IMG/VR virus record: IMGVR_UViG_3300037470_000393
Span: 1-25,025 of that record
DNA length: 25,025 nucleotides
DNA from: a virus
Taxonomy: Duplodnaviria; Caudoviricetes
Reading direction: 5' to 3' (one strand)
A program made the translations under genes and the position numbers. Below, one piece after another: positions 16,027 to 24,928 of this stretch. Numbering within the stretch: position 1 is the first letter of the stretch; each line of letters opens with the position of its first letter. Under the pieces are notes generated by a model. It had not been told where the DNA came from, made no database searches, and worked only from the letters and a program-made list of their open reading frames with translations.

Positions 16027-16910
16027 CGCTCTCCGCCTCCGGTAGACTCTTGCCTCCGCAGCTCGGCCCGAATCTGCATCCAGAGCATGCCGAGCATGTT
16101 CTGTCCGTCTTGATTCGGACCCCATCCCCAGAAGTCATCACGCCACGAGTTCTCGACCAGCTCGCGGTCGCCGGTCTGGAGCAGCTTGCGCTTGACGTAC
16201 TCGTGCTGCTCTATCTTCGTGCACAGGATCTCGCGCATCACATCGACCTTGGTGGCGTCCCAGTCCTCGCACTGAAGGTGCTTGTTCTCCTGGGCGAACT
16301 TGAAGGCGTCGTGCGCTGACGCGGACCGCCATACGCAATCCTGCAACAGTTTACCGCGCCCATCAGGCAGATCGAAGCGAGCCCAATGGTAGGCGTGCTC
16401 TGACGTGAAGAACGTCTCGCCATGCCAGCGAACTGCAAACGCGGAAAAATTCGACAGGACGTAGAACTCCTGTTCGTAGAAGCAGACGCGCTCCGGCGTG
16501 TCTAGACCGTGCGGAATGGTCTGCTCTTTCTCGTCGTCGTTCCAGCACTCAGGGTCTGCGCACCGTGGGCCACCGTGGTTGCCGTCGCACTTCGTCCGGG
16601 CGCCGCATACTCGATCCATGATGTTGTGCAACTCATCGAATTCCCCGACGAACTCGTCGCCGAGTATTACACCTACCCGCTCAATGAGTTGGTGTCCTTC
16701 CAAGTCGATGATCGACTTGCCAGGATCGTCGGGGTGTTCCCATGTCTCCAGCTCATCGAGCAAGCGTCGGGCTGCGTCTAATCTGCGCTCGGCATCATCT
16801 AGCTTGAGCAGTAGCGCCTTAACTTCCTCTGGTGGGCATTCCTCGATGTAAAGGTCAGCATCAGCGTTCTCGTTCTCGATGTACTGGTTCAGCCTAGATA
16901 TTTCAATCAT
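16023..16910 (-). CDS. NADAR (YbiA-like) domain protein with N-terminal phage-type extension
   Basis: FY...LSNF, TSEHAY, DWDATKVDVM...K..QH, LLQTGDRELVE, DDFWG, GQNMLGMLWMQIR. Confidence 0.9.
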   Translation of the reverse strand: MIEISRLNQYIENENADADLYIEECPPEEVKALLLKLDDAERRLDAARRLLDELETWEHPDDPGKSIIDLEGHQLIERVGVILGDEFVGEFDELHNIMDRVCGARTKCDGNHGGPRCADPECWNDDEKEQTIPHGLDTPERVCFYEQEFYVLSNFSAFAVRWHGETFFTSEHAYHWARFDLPDGRGKLLQDCVWRSASAHDAFKFAQENKHLQCEDWDATKVDVMREILCTKIEQHEYVKRKLLQTGDRELVENSWRDDFWGWGPNQDGQNMLGMLWMQIRAELRRQESTGGGER

Positions 16911-17527
16911 TGCTCGGTGTCTCCCTCGGGCAGTGGCTCAAACTCGATGACCCAGACCCACGGATTGCGACCCCAACCGTAGCCGCGCTCAGCATTGAGC
17001 GATTGCCATAGCGACTCAAATGAGTCAAGCGCACTCAAGGCAGAATATCTCTCGCCATTGACCGTGATGCTGTCTCTTTTATCACACCCTTCCGCCAACG
17101 CGTCTGCTTCTCTGATATCCTGCAACCGCTCAACGCGCACATCGGTGACGCGGAGGAATAGGCGGGCAGCCAAGCGAGGCATGTGGATCGACGGTTTCCA
17201 GCGGTGCCGCTCCGAATACTCGTCCATGCCGAGAGATTTTGCCTTGTCGGCGCGATACACTATCCCATGGGAGTACGAGGTCGCCGGCCACGCCTGTCGA
17301 AATGACTCCCGCACCCATAGCACGTCGCCAAGTTCAGCCGGCGCGAAGATCGACTCCTGCGGCTCGCCGTCTTTCCATGGAACGAACTCGCCCTGATAGC
17401 AGTCGTCGTGCTGCTCGATGCCATCAGCCTGGTTCCACCGCTTCACAACGCGCCGGGTCTGCGTCTTTCGGCCGGCGAGGATCGCTTCTACCATCGGCGT
17501 CGAGAAGATTATGGGCTTCTCACTCAT
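16907..17527 (-). CDS. ASCH/PUA-like phage protein
   Basis: PIIFSTPMVEAILAGRKTQTRR, GDVLWVRE, WKPSIHMPR, RVERLQDI, NPWVWVIEF. Confidence 0.85.
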   Translation of the reverse strand: MSEKPIIFSTPMVEAILAGRKTQTRRVVKRWNQADGIEQHDDCYQGEFVPWKDGEPQESIFAPAELGDVLWVRESFRQAWPATSYSHGIVYRADKAKSLGMDEYSERHRWKPSIHMPRLAARLFLRVTDVRVERLQDIREADALAEGCDKRDSITVNGERYSALSALDSFESLWQSLNAERGYGWGRNPWVWVIEFEPLPEGDTEQ

Positions 17528-17708
17528 CGCTCGGTATCTCCCATCGAAGGCTGCCTACCCAATCAATGCGCATACCAGTTATAGCAGCAATAAACCCAAT
17601 ACTGATGCGTGATGTTCGTACCAACTTGTTCTGACTCTTAAGCCAACAAAACCCGCTACCAGCATCCTCGCCGGTCTCCGGGTTAAATCTGTATGCGCTT
17701 ATGGTCAT
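17520..17708 (-). CDS. Hypothetical protein
   Basis: 62 aa, ATGA coupled. Confidence 0.5.
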   Translation of the reverse strand: MTISAYRFNPETGEDAGSGFCWLKSQNKLVRTSRISIGFIAAITGMRIDWVGSLRWEIPSDE

Positions 17709-17925
17709 CCGTCGTCTTCAATCATTGCCCGCCGAATCTCGGGAAAAGATTCCACCGCGCGACACTCCGCAAGCAGTCCCTTGAAGCTGCTGATAAACTT
17801 CTCGTCGTCCATCTGCTTACCAATTGTGCGCTCGATGTTTACGATTTCTGACAGAAGCAACGTGAGTGCGACCGAATGCGGGAACATTTCTGGAGTAACT
17901 CAATGTCTTGTTTGTCTTCGGTCAT
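17705..17925 (-). CDS. Hypothetical protein with probable 1-nt frameshift near 17888
   Basis: ATG 17925 (MTEDKQDIELLQK) joins MFPHSVALT... if one A is added in the AAA run. Confidence 0.5.
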
Positions 17926-18128
17926 AACGACCGCGACCCCGACCACGACCCCGACCACGACCCCGACCGCGACCCCGACCGCGACCCCGACCGCGACCAC
18001 GACCCCAACCCCAACCCCGACCACGACCACGACCGCGACCGCGACCCCGACCACGACCCCCACCCCCACCCCGACCACGACCACGACCGCGAACTGTCGT
18101 GTCCGGCTCTCAGGATGGCTGTGTTCAT
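17922..18128 (-). CDS. Ser-X repeat micro-protein copy 2
   Basis: MNTAILRAGHDS + (SR/SW/SG)n + SL; ATGA overlaps at both ends. Confidence 0.7.
   Translation of the reverse strand: MNTAILRAGHDSSRSWSWSGWGWGSWSGSRSRSWSWSGLGLGSWSRSGSRSGSRSGSWSGSWSGSRSL
17928..18092. repeat. Degenerate hexamer tandem repeat (GACC[G/A/C]C)n
   Basis: Visible tandem hexamers with occasional AACCCC/CACCCC variants. Confidence 0.95.
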
Positions 18129-18316
18129 CGTTTCTTCCTGTATGTAATCACGCGCTCCAGTCCAAGCGCGACGAGTATCTTCGGGCCGGGGTCGCGCGCC
18201 CCACGCAGCACATCAGACAAGTATTGAGACGACACGCCGAGTTCGGAAGCGACGACGGCTATATGTCTACCGTCGCAGCGACGCTTGAGAATTGCCACTG
18301 GGTCTACGGAAGTCAT
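18125..18316 (-). CDS. Small XRE/Cro-type HTH protein (63 aa)
   Basis: VASELGVSSQYLSDVLRGARDPGPKILVALGL. Confidence 0.85.
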   Translation of the reverse strand: MTSVDPVAILKRRCDGRHIAVVASELGVSSQYLSDVLRGARDPGPKILVALGLERVITYRKKR

Positions 18317-18465
18317 AGCGACCGCGACCCCGACCACGACCACGACCACGACCCCGACCCCGACCACGACCACGACCGCGACCGCGACCCCGACCCCGAC
18401 CACGACCGCGACCGCGACCACGACCGCGACTTGCCGTATCCGGCTCTTAAAATGGCTGCGTTTAT
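18313..18465 (-). CDS. Ser-X repeat micro-protein copy 1 (ATA start; not in the ORF track)
   Basis: (I/M)NAAILRAGYGK-SRSWSRSRSWSGSGSRSRSWSWSGSGSWSWSWSGSRSL; ATA overlaps the upstream TAA. Confidence 0.6.
   Translation of the reverse strand: MNAAILRAGYGKSRSWSRSRSWSGSGSRSRSWSWSGSGSWSWSWSGSRSL
18319..18430. repeat. Degenerate hexamer tandem repeat (GACC[G/A/C]C)n
   Basis: About 18 hexamers varying at only one position. Confidence 0.95.
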
Positions 18466-18776
18466 TTTTGCGACCGCTGCGACTTCGCGACTTGGACGGC
18501 ATCGATCACAGCGCCGCGACCAATAATTACGCGCCCGTCCGGAAATGGCTCGACCTCATTGAATGACTCGGATCGAAGTGCGTCCGAAAATCGGCCTGTG
18601 TCCGCAATCCATGCCGCATCCTCCAAAACGAGTTCTTGCTGCGTCACGGCAACGAGTTTCCCCGTATCGATCATTGTGACCGTACGAATTAAATAGTGCT
18701 TGCCGATAACCCACGGAGACCGGCCGGCTGGCTTTGCCGGTGCCCTCTTGGCTACTTTCTTCGTTGCCTTCTTCAT
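18462..18776 (-). CDS. Small beta-barrel (Sm/SH3-like, DUF6948-like) protein with basic N-terminal tail
   Basis: IGKHYLIRTVTMIDTGKLVAV...ELVLEDAAWIADTGRF...VIIGRGAVIDA; GGAG RBS; fold and family are inferred. Confidence 0.7.
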   Translation of the reverse strand: MKKATKKVAKRAPAKPAGRSPWVIGKHYLIRTVTMIDTGKLVAVTQQELVLEDAAWIADTGRFSDALRSESFNEVEPFPDGRVIIGRGAVIDAVQVAKSQRSQK

Positions 18777-18812
18777 CAATTTCTCCAGTTGGTAGGAAAT
18801 ACGCACGGACCA

Positions 18813-18873
18813 AACATACTAGTCATGTTATATTCCGTCAAGCGTTGACGCTGATTAGCTTGATAGCTATATT
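18813..18873. promoter_or_regulatory. Back-to-back sigma70-like promoters
   Basis: Plus: TTGACG (18845)-17-TATATT (18868). Minus: TTGACG (18841-18836)-17-TATGTT (18818-18813). Confidence 0.75.
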
Positions 18874-18893
18874 CATAGCATGAGAAAAACCAA

Positions 18894-19736
18894 ATGAGCA
18901 CCATTGCTGTTCTGCCTGGGCCTGGCGATATCGTCAAAATCCGCGCCAGCGGACTGGGCGAGATATTCGACTGCGCCCGTAGGTGGAAAGGCCGCACGAT
19001 TGACGGAGACAAAGGCCAGACGCACGGCAGGAGCCATTTAGGATCGTCAGTACACTATGGAACTGCTTGGTACGATAACGAACGCACGCTGGATGGTGGC
19101 TGCCCGGACACGGAAACCGCGATTGACAAGTTTCTGGAGTTTTTTCGCGCCGAAGATCACGTCATGTGGTCCGATATCCCGAAACAGAAAGCCGAGCAGA
19201 TCGGAATTCAACTCACGAGCAAGTACTGTCTGGAGATATCGGCTCAATATGAATGGATCAAGGTCGAGGCGACGTGTGAGCCGATTGAAATCACGATGCC
19301 GAACGGGATCATTTTCGAGCTGACCGGGCACGTTGACAGGGTTTACACGCGAGACGGCAAGTACGGCGTCGCAGACTTCAAGTCAGGCGGGCGGGTTATC
19401 GCAGCAGACGGCTCGCTGGCCGTAGATAAACACGGCCTGCAGCTTGCCTGCTATGAACTCCTGGAGATCATGGCCGCAGAGGCGACCGGGCACAAGATGG
19501 AGTTGCCGGCCCTGATCGTCGGTTTTTCGACATCCGGCGATCTGGATATTCTCACTGAGGAAGTGCCGAATCCTCGTGAATTGCTTTTCGGCGACGGCGA
19601 CTACATGGGTTATCTCATGGGGGCCGCAGCGATCATCGAGCATCAGCTTTATCTCGGGAACACGAAGTCACAGCTTTGCGGGCCTAGATACTGCAATTCT
19701 TTTGACAAATGCGAATACATCAAAAAAGGGAAATGA
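18894..19736 (+). CDS. PD-(D/E)XK nuclease (RecB/Cas4-like exonuclease)
   Basis: IRAS...C, GSSVH, E, TGHVD, ADFKSG, QLACY, terminal C..RYC...C. Confidence 0.85.
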   Translation: MSTIAVLPGPGDIVKIRASGLGEIFDCARRWKGRTIDGDKGQTHGRSHLGSSVHYGTAWYDNERTLDGGCPDTETAIDKFLEFFRAEDHVMWSDIPKQKAEQIGIQLTSKYCLEISAQYEWIKVEATCEPIEITMPNGIIFELTGHVDRVYTRDGKYGVADFKSGGRVIAADGSLAVDKHGLQLACYELLEIMAAEATGHKMELPALIVGFSTSGDLDILTEEVPNPRELLFGDGDYMGYLMGAAAIIEHQLYLGNTKSQLCGPRYCNSFDKCEYIKKGK

Positions 19737-19739
19737 CCA

Positions 19740-20876
19740 ATGGCCGACTACGACGAACTTCAACAGAACCGATCTCTAACGCCAGAAAACAAGCTCAGCC
19801 AGCAACTTCAGAAACGCGGCGTTTCTTCTGAGGTTTGGCACACGCTCTCGAAAAGCCTCTATCCTGGCGCGTTGCCAGAGTCCGTGTTGCTGGTCATCGA
19901 CTATTGTAAGGCCCGCAATCTTGATCCGCTCAAGAAGCCGGCTCATATCGTGCCGATGGAGGTAAAGGATGCCAAAACCGGGAGATACGCATGGCGTGAC
20001 GTTGTGATGCCGGGCATCTACGAACTCAGGATCACGGCGCACAGGACCGGAGAATACCTCGGCCACACCAAGCCGGCGTACGGGCCGAAAATGAAGCACG
20101 TCGGCACAGAGGCTCCCGAGTGGTGCTCAATGACGTTCTATCGATGGAACTCAACAGCAGAAAGGGTTGTGGAATTCCCGGTCGAAGTCTTTTTCAAAGA
20201 AGTCGTTGGGACTAAGAAAGACAAGCAGTCAGGCCAGCCTGTTGCCAACAAGAGGTGGTCGCAGTCGCCTATTCAAATGCTCACGAAATGCACGGAAGCA
20301 GCTGGATTGCGGGAAACATTCCCGGAGGAAATCGGAGGACAGGCCGCGCATGAGGAAGTGGGCGGGGGATCGATTGACGCAGCGGCCATAGACGCTGAGT
20401 ATGTCGAGGTTCCGTCCGATCCGGCTGCCGAGATACAACCGAAAGCTCAAGCCGAAAAACCGAAAGCTGCCCGCAAGCCGCGCGCACCAGCGACTCAGGC
20501 CGCAAAATCAGCGGAACCAAAGGCCGAGGAACAAGAACCGGCAGAATCAGAAACATCGCCAGAGTCAGACGAAAGCCAGCAGAGCTTTGCTGACGACGAG
20601 GCCGACAATGAGACCGAGCAAGAATCCGCCGAGCGCGAGCCTGGCAGCGACGACGATCTTGGAGAAGACAATTCGCCGATGCCCGATCTATCGTTTTCCG
20701 AAGCGTTCCAAGCCATTGCCAAGGCCCGCTCGGCAGACGATCTCGACGTGATCCGCTCGCAGATTAAGAACCTGAATGAAAAGCAGCAGGCTAATCTCAG
20801 CGTCTCTATCGAGAACAAAATGAAATCGCTGGCGAGTCGTGGCAGCCGGGATGGCAGCGGATTGAACGTAGAGTGA
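19740..20876 (+). CDS. bet: Phage recombination protein Bet (single-strand annealing protein)
   Basis: YCKARNLDPLKKPAHIVPM, GIYELRITAHRTGEY, W...PIQMLTKCTEAAGLRETFPEE; acidic linker and small C-terminal helical domain. Confidence 0.9.
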   Translation: MADYDELQQNRSLTPENKLSQQLQKRGVSSEVWHTLSKSLYPGALPESVLLVIDYCKARNLDPLKKPAHIVPMEVKDAKTGRYAWRDVVMPGIYELRITAHRTGEYLGHTKPAYGPKMKHVGTEAPEWCSMTFYRWNSTAERVVEFPVEVFFKEVVGTKKDKQSGQPVANKRWSQSPIQMLTKCTEAAGLRETFPEEIGGQAAHEEVGGGSIDAAAIDAEYVEVPSDPAAEIQPKAQAEKPKAARKPRAPATQAAKSAEPKAEEQEPAESETSPESDESQQSFADDEADNETEQESAEREPGSDDDLGEDNSPMPDLSFSEAFQAIAKARSADDLDVIRSQIKNLNEKQQANLSVSIENKMKSLASRGSRDGSGLNVE

Positions 20877-20883
20877 TTGGATT

Positions 20884-22479
20884 ATGATAGCCACAACCAT
20901 TGCCGTCGACAGCTTTCTGAAAATCCCGTACCTGCAACTCTCGCCAAAAGCGCCAGTCGTATTGGTTGCAGGTGGAAATGAAAACGGGAAATCAAGCCTG
21001 GCCGAAGCCATCCGCTTTGCCATGCTCGACGACAGTCCGCGCGTCAGGCTCAAAAAAGACCGCGATCAACTCGTCCACAGCGGCTCCAAAAACGGGAAGG
21101 TCACAATCGAATCCGGCAACCTGCTCATGGCCAGAGCCATTCGAGGCGGTGCCGTCGAGGGGGATGCCGGGCTTATCCCGGCCGATCTCGACGTAGCGGC
21201 CATCTGCCTGCAAGCGAAGCTCCTGACCGGACTACCGGATGCTGAGCGCCGATCCTTGCTCATGCGACTCGCAAAGATCGATCTGTCGGTCGATTCCCTG
21301 GCCGGAAAGCTCATCGAGAAGAGTGTCGATAAGAACGCCGTAGCGGCGCTCAGGCCGCTCCTGAAAGGCGGACTGAAACCGGCGCACGACAAGTCCAAGC
21401 GCGAAGTCAGCGACGCCAGAGGCGCGTGGCGGGAGTGTACGGGCGAAGTCTACGGCTCGCAGAAGGCCGATGGCTGGAAGCCCGCCGAGCCTGTAATTGC
21501 ATCCGACGCCGCCGCGCAGTCGCTCGTGGATATCGACACGCAAATGGCCGAGCTACGATCTGAGCGCGATGCGGCACTGGCCGGCGCCATCGCGGAGATC
21601 GAAACTGAAATCGGGGCCGGAAGGGAGGCTAAAGAGATCGCGCTGGCGCCTATCCTTGCAAGCATCAGGGGCTACAACGACCAGTTGAGCCGACCGACGC
21701 CGCTGGCCTGCCCGCATTGTGGCGGCGTCGTGTCCTACGAGGACGGCAACCTGAAGCAGGCTGAACCGGCCGACAAAGCCAGGGTCACGAAGATGCTCTC
21801 AATCGCCAACCTGAAGCGCAAGGAGATATCGGACAAGCATGACGCGAAGCTCAAGACGCTTTCTGATCGACGGGCCGAAACGACTCGCAAAATCAACGGC
21901 GAGTACGATGACAAGCTGAGCGCGCTGTCCGAGGACAAGTCCGTACTGGTCGAGCAGGTCACTGCCTCCGAGCGGGCTATCGAGCGCCAGCACCGGGCGG
22001 CCGAGCTGCACAAGTCAGTCAAGACGCATACACGCCTGACAGAGCTTCTGAGCGACGGACCCGAAGGCATCGCCGCTGAAATGGTCGGTGCTGCGCTGAA
22101 ACCGCTGAACGATCGATTGATCGAGATCGGCCAGGAAATCGGCTGGACGCCGGTTGCCATCCACGGCGACATGAGCATCGTCAGAACGGACGGCTTCGGC
22201 TATAACCTGCTGTCCGAATCCGCGAAGTGGCGAGCCGATGCGATGCTGCATATTCTGGTTTCAGAGCTGTCCGGGTTCGATATGCTCGTGCTCGACCGCA
22301 TGGACGTGCTGGAAGTCAGTCACCGTGGTCAATTCCTGCAATGGGTCAACGACTATGCCGAGGTCAGGGCCGACAATACGATTCAGATATTTGTCATGGC
22401 GACGCTGAAGCAGCCGCCGGATTTGAGTGCGCTGCCGATGATAGATTCCTATTGGATCGAGGACGGGAGGCTGTCGTAA
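20884..22479 (+). CDS. SMC/Rad50-like ABC ATPase
   Basis: Walker A GGNENGKSS, coiled coils with central CPHC hook, signature LSES, Walker B LVLDRMD. Confidence 0.85.
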   Translation: MIATTIAVDSFLKIPYLQLSPKAPVVLVAGGNENGKSSLAEAIRFAMLDDSPRVRLKKDRDQLVHSGSKNGKVTIESGNLLMARAIRGGAVEGDAGLIPADLDVAAICLQAKLLTGLPDAERRSLLMRLAKIDLSVDSLAGKLIEKSVDKNAVAALRPLLKGGLKPAHDKSKREVSDARGAWRECTGEVYGSQKADGWKPAEPVIASDAAAQSLVDIDTQMAELRSERDAALAGAIAEIETEIGAGREAKEIALAPILASIRGYNDQLSRPTPLACPHCGGVVSYEDGNLKQAEPADKARVTKMLSIANLKRKEISDKHDAKLKTLSDRRAETTRKINGEYDDKLSALSEDKSVLVEQVTASERAIERQHRAAELHKSVKTHTRLTELLSDGPEGIAAEMVGAALKPLNDRLIEIGQEIGWTPVAIHGDMSIVRTDGFGYNLLSESAKWRADAMLHILVSELSGFDMLVLDRMDVLEVSHRGQFLQWVNDYAEVRADNTIQIFVMATLKQPPDLSALPMIDSYWIEDGRLS

Positions 22480-22935
22480 TGGGAAAGTACGCACAAGACA
22501 CTCAAGTCAGCATCGATAAATCGAGGCTGGAAATTGAGCGAACGCTGGCCAAATACGGCGCTTCCAGCTTCATGTACGGCATGAACAAAGACAAAGCGAT
22601 TATCGCTTTCGAGGCTCACAGCCGAAGAGTCAAGTTCGAGTTGCCAATGCCGGATCGTGAGGATTATCGAACTACGGAAACAGGACGTTACAGGTTCGAA
22701 GATAGAACCATCGATGCAGCTTGGGAGCAAGGCAAAAAGCAGCGATGGAGAGCATTGGCGCTGGTCATCAAAGCCAAGCTCGAAGCGGTTGAAATCGGCA
22801 TCGTTGAGTTCGAGGATGAGTTTCTTGCGCACATCATGCTGCCGAACGGCCAGACGATGGGTGAACTGGCTAGGCCGCAAATCCAGCTTGCCTACGATCG
22901 CGGTGAAGTTCCCCCGCTGCTTGGGTACGACGGCA

Positions 22936-22943
<8 letters not shown>
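22479..22943 (+). CDS. Conserved phage hypothetical protein (154 aa)
   Basis: MGKYAQDTQVS...WRALALVIKAKLEAVEIGI..FEDEFLAHI; TAATG overlap. Confidence 0.8.
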
Positions 22944-23775
<832 letters not shown>

Positions 23776-23789
23776 GGAAACAACAAGCA

Positions 23790-24020
23790 ATGAGCAGAAA
23801 CATAGAACAGTTTGTCGGTCACCTGATTACGTTCGATATCGACAATGGCGACAGCGACAGCGTTGTTGTAGATTCCGGCATCCTTGTCGAAGTCACGGAC
23901 TTCACGAATGAAAGCGAGGTCGAGATCGCTTTTGATGATCGGAATGAGCGGTGCTACTTACGTTTCTCGCTTGCCGATCTTGCTGCCAGTATCGGCGAGC
24001 ACGCCGGCAAAATTCCATAG
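23790..24020 (+). CDS. Hypothetical protein
   Basis: 76-aa acidic ORF in the operon direction. Confidence 0.65.
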   Translation: MSRNIEQFVGHLITFDIDNGDSDSVVVDSGILVEVTDFTNESEVEIAFDDRNERCYLRFSLADLAASIGEHAGKIP

Positions 24021-24034
24021 GGAGACACATAGCG

Positions 24035-24193
24035 ATGAAGTGGAATGGACGCAACTATAATAGGCACGTGTGGTTTGCGTGGTACCCGATCAAAACGGAA
24101 GAAAACATATGGGTGTGGCTGGAGCCAGTAGAACGATACATCGCTGCTGGCCTATGGTCCTATAAGCTGCTTCCCGAGGACGCCGAGCGATGA
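24035..24193 (+). CDS. Small phage protein with WFAWYP motif (52 aa)
   Basis: GGAG RBS; WFAWYPIK....WVWLEPVER pattern. Confidence 0.7.
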   Translation: MKWNGRNYNRHVWFAWYPIKTEENIWVWLEPVERYIAAGLWSYKLLPEDAER

Positions 24194-24653
24194 GCGAGCG
24201 CACGACAGTGAGATATTGGGGCACTAAGAATGAGGAACGGCTGTGCAACGAGACGCCGGACGAGGCGATCTGGAAATGCTGGACGAAAAGTACGGCGACC
24301 CTTACAGCTGCGACGGATTCAAGGCTATGGATGTGACAGACAAGCCTCCAACCATCATCGTAGAAACAACGCCGAGCTTAGACGGCGGCAGAATCGAGCA
24401 GTCCGTTCTTTACCATTACTTCATGGGTATTCGCGAGACAATTGACACATGGATAATCAACACCCGCGACGAAGGCATCCGCCGCGCCCTGCTTGATCTT
24501 GGATGGTCAGAAACTCCGCTCAAGATCGGAAAGTACGAGATCAGAAAGCTGTCGAACGGTAGCGTCTGGATAGATGCAGAAGGCAATGGCATGGAGACCA
24601 CGGAAGAAAAGCTCGTGGCTGTTCTGGATGAGTTTTTCGCGAGGGAGTTTTGA
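24190..24653 (+). CDS. Hypothetical protein with probable 1-nt frameshift near 24270
   Basis: ATG 24190 (MSERTTVRYWG...TPDEAI) joins LEMLDEKYG... if one base is added. Confidence 0.5.
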
Positions 24654-24928
24654 TGGACCAAAATCGTCTTGAAGGAGGCATTTCAACCTACTCTCATGAG
24701 CAGGAATTGCTGTTAAGGCTCATAAAGCGGAAAGGCGGCAGCATAAGCAGCATTGAGTTCGATCGCATCTTTTTTCAGGCTAAATGGAAACCGCGATTCA
24801 GGATGAATGGAGATTCTATTATTCTTTCTCCAATGTCATTCGGGCAACACAATAAATGGCTGCACCTGCTAAAACTCATGGTCGCGACGGGCCGTATTAA
24901 TTACATACTTGAGTCCCTTGAAACTTGA
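24650..24928 (+). CDS. Hypothetical protein, probably truncated by the repeat at 24899
   Basis: C-terminal NYILESL is encoded by the repeat sequence. Confidence 0.5.
   Translation: MMDQNRLEGGISTYSHEQELLLRLIKRKGGSISSIEFDRIFFQAKWKPRFRMNGDSIILSPMSFGQHNKWLHLLKLMVATGRINYILESLET
24899..24919 (+). repeat. Third copy of the terminal inverted repeat core (left end of a possible second cassette)
   Basis: AATTACATACTTGAGTCCCTT identical to 13812-13832. Confidence 0.85.

Noticed and set aside
17928-18430. CRISPR array or DGR template/variable repeat pair
   Set aside because: Hexamer microsatellites without unique spacers; no adenine-specific variation pattern and no reverse transcriptase in the window
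17839-18566. Thr/Pro-rich, Asp/His-rich and Val/Gly-rich ORFs over the repeats
   Set aside because: Alternative frames of a stop-free repeat; only the Ser-X frame has conserved leaders and stop/start coupling
18894-19736. Cas4 as part of a CRISPR-Cas locus
   Set aside because: No cas1/cas2 or array; adjacency to bet indicates a recombination exonuclease
22227-22935. N-terminal extensions of the 22943 and 23775 ORFs
   Set aside because: They overlap upstream genes; coupled starts at 22479 and 22936 match family N-termini
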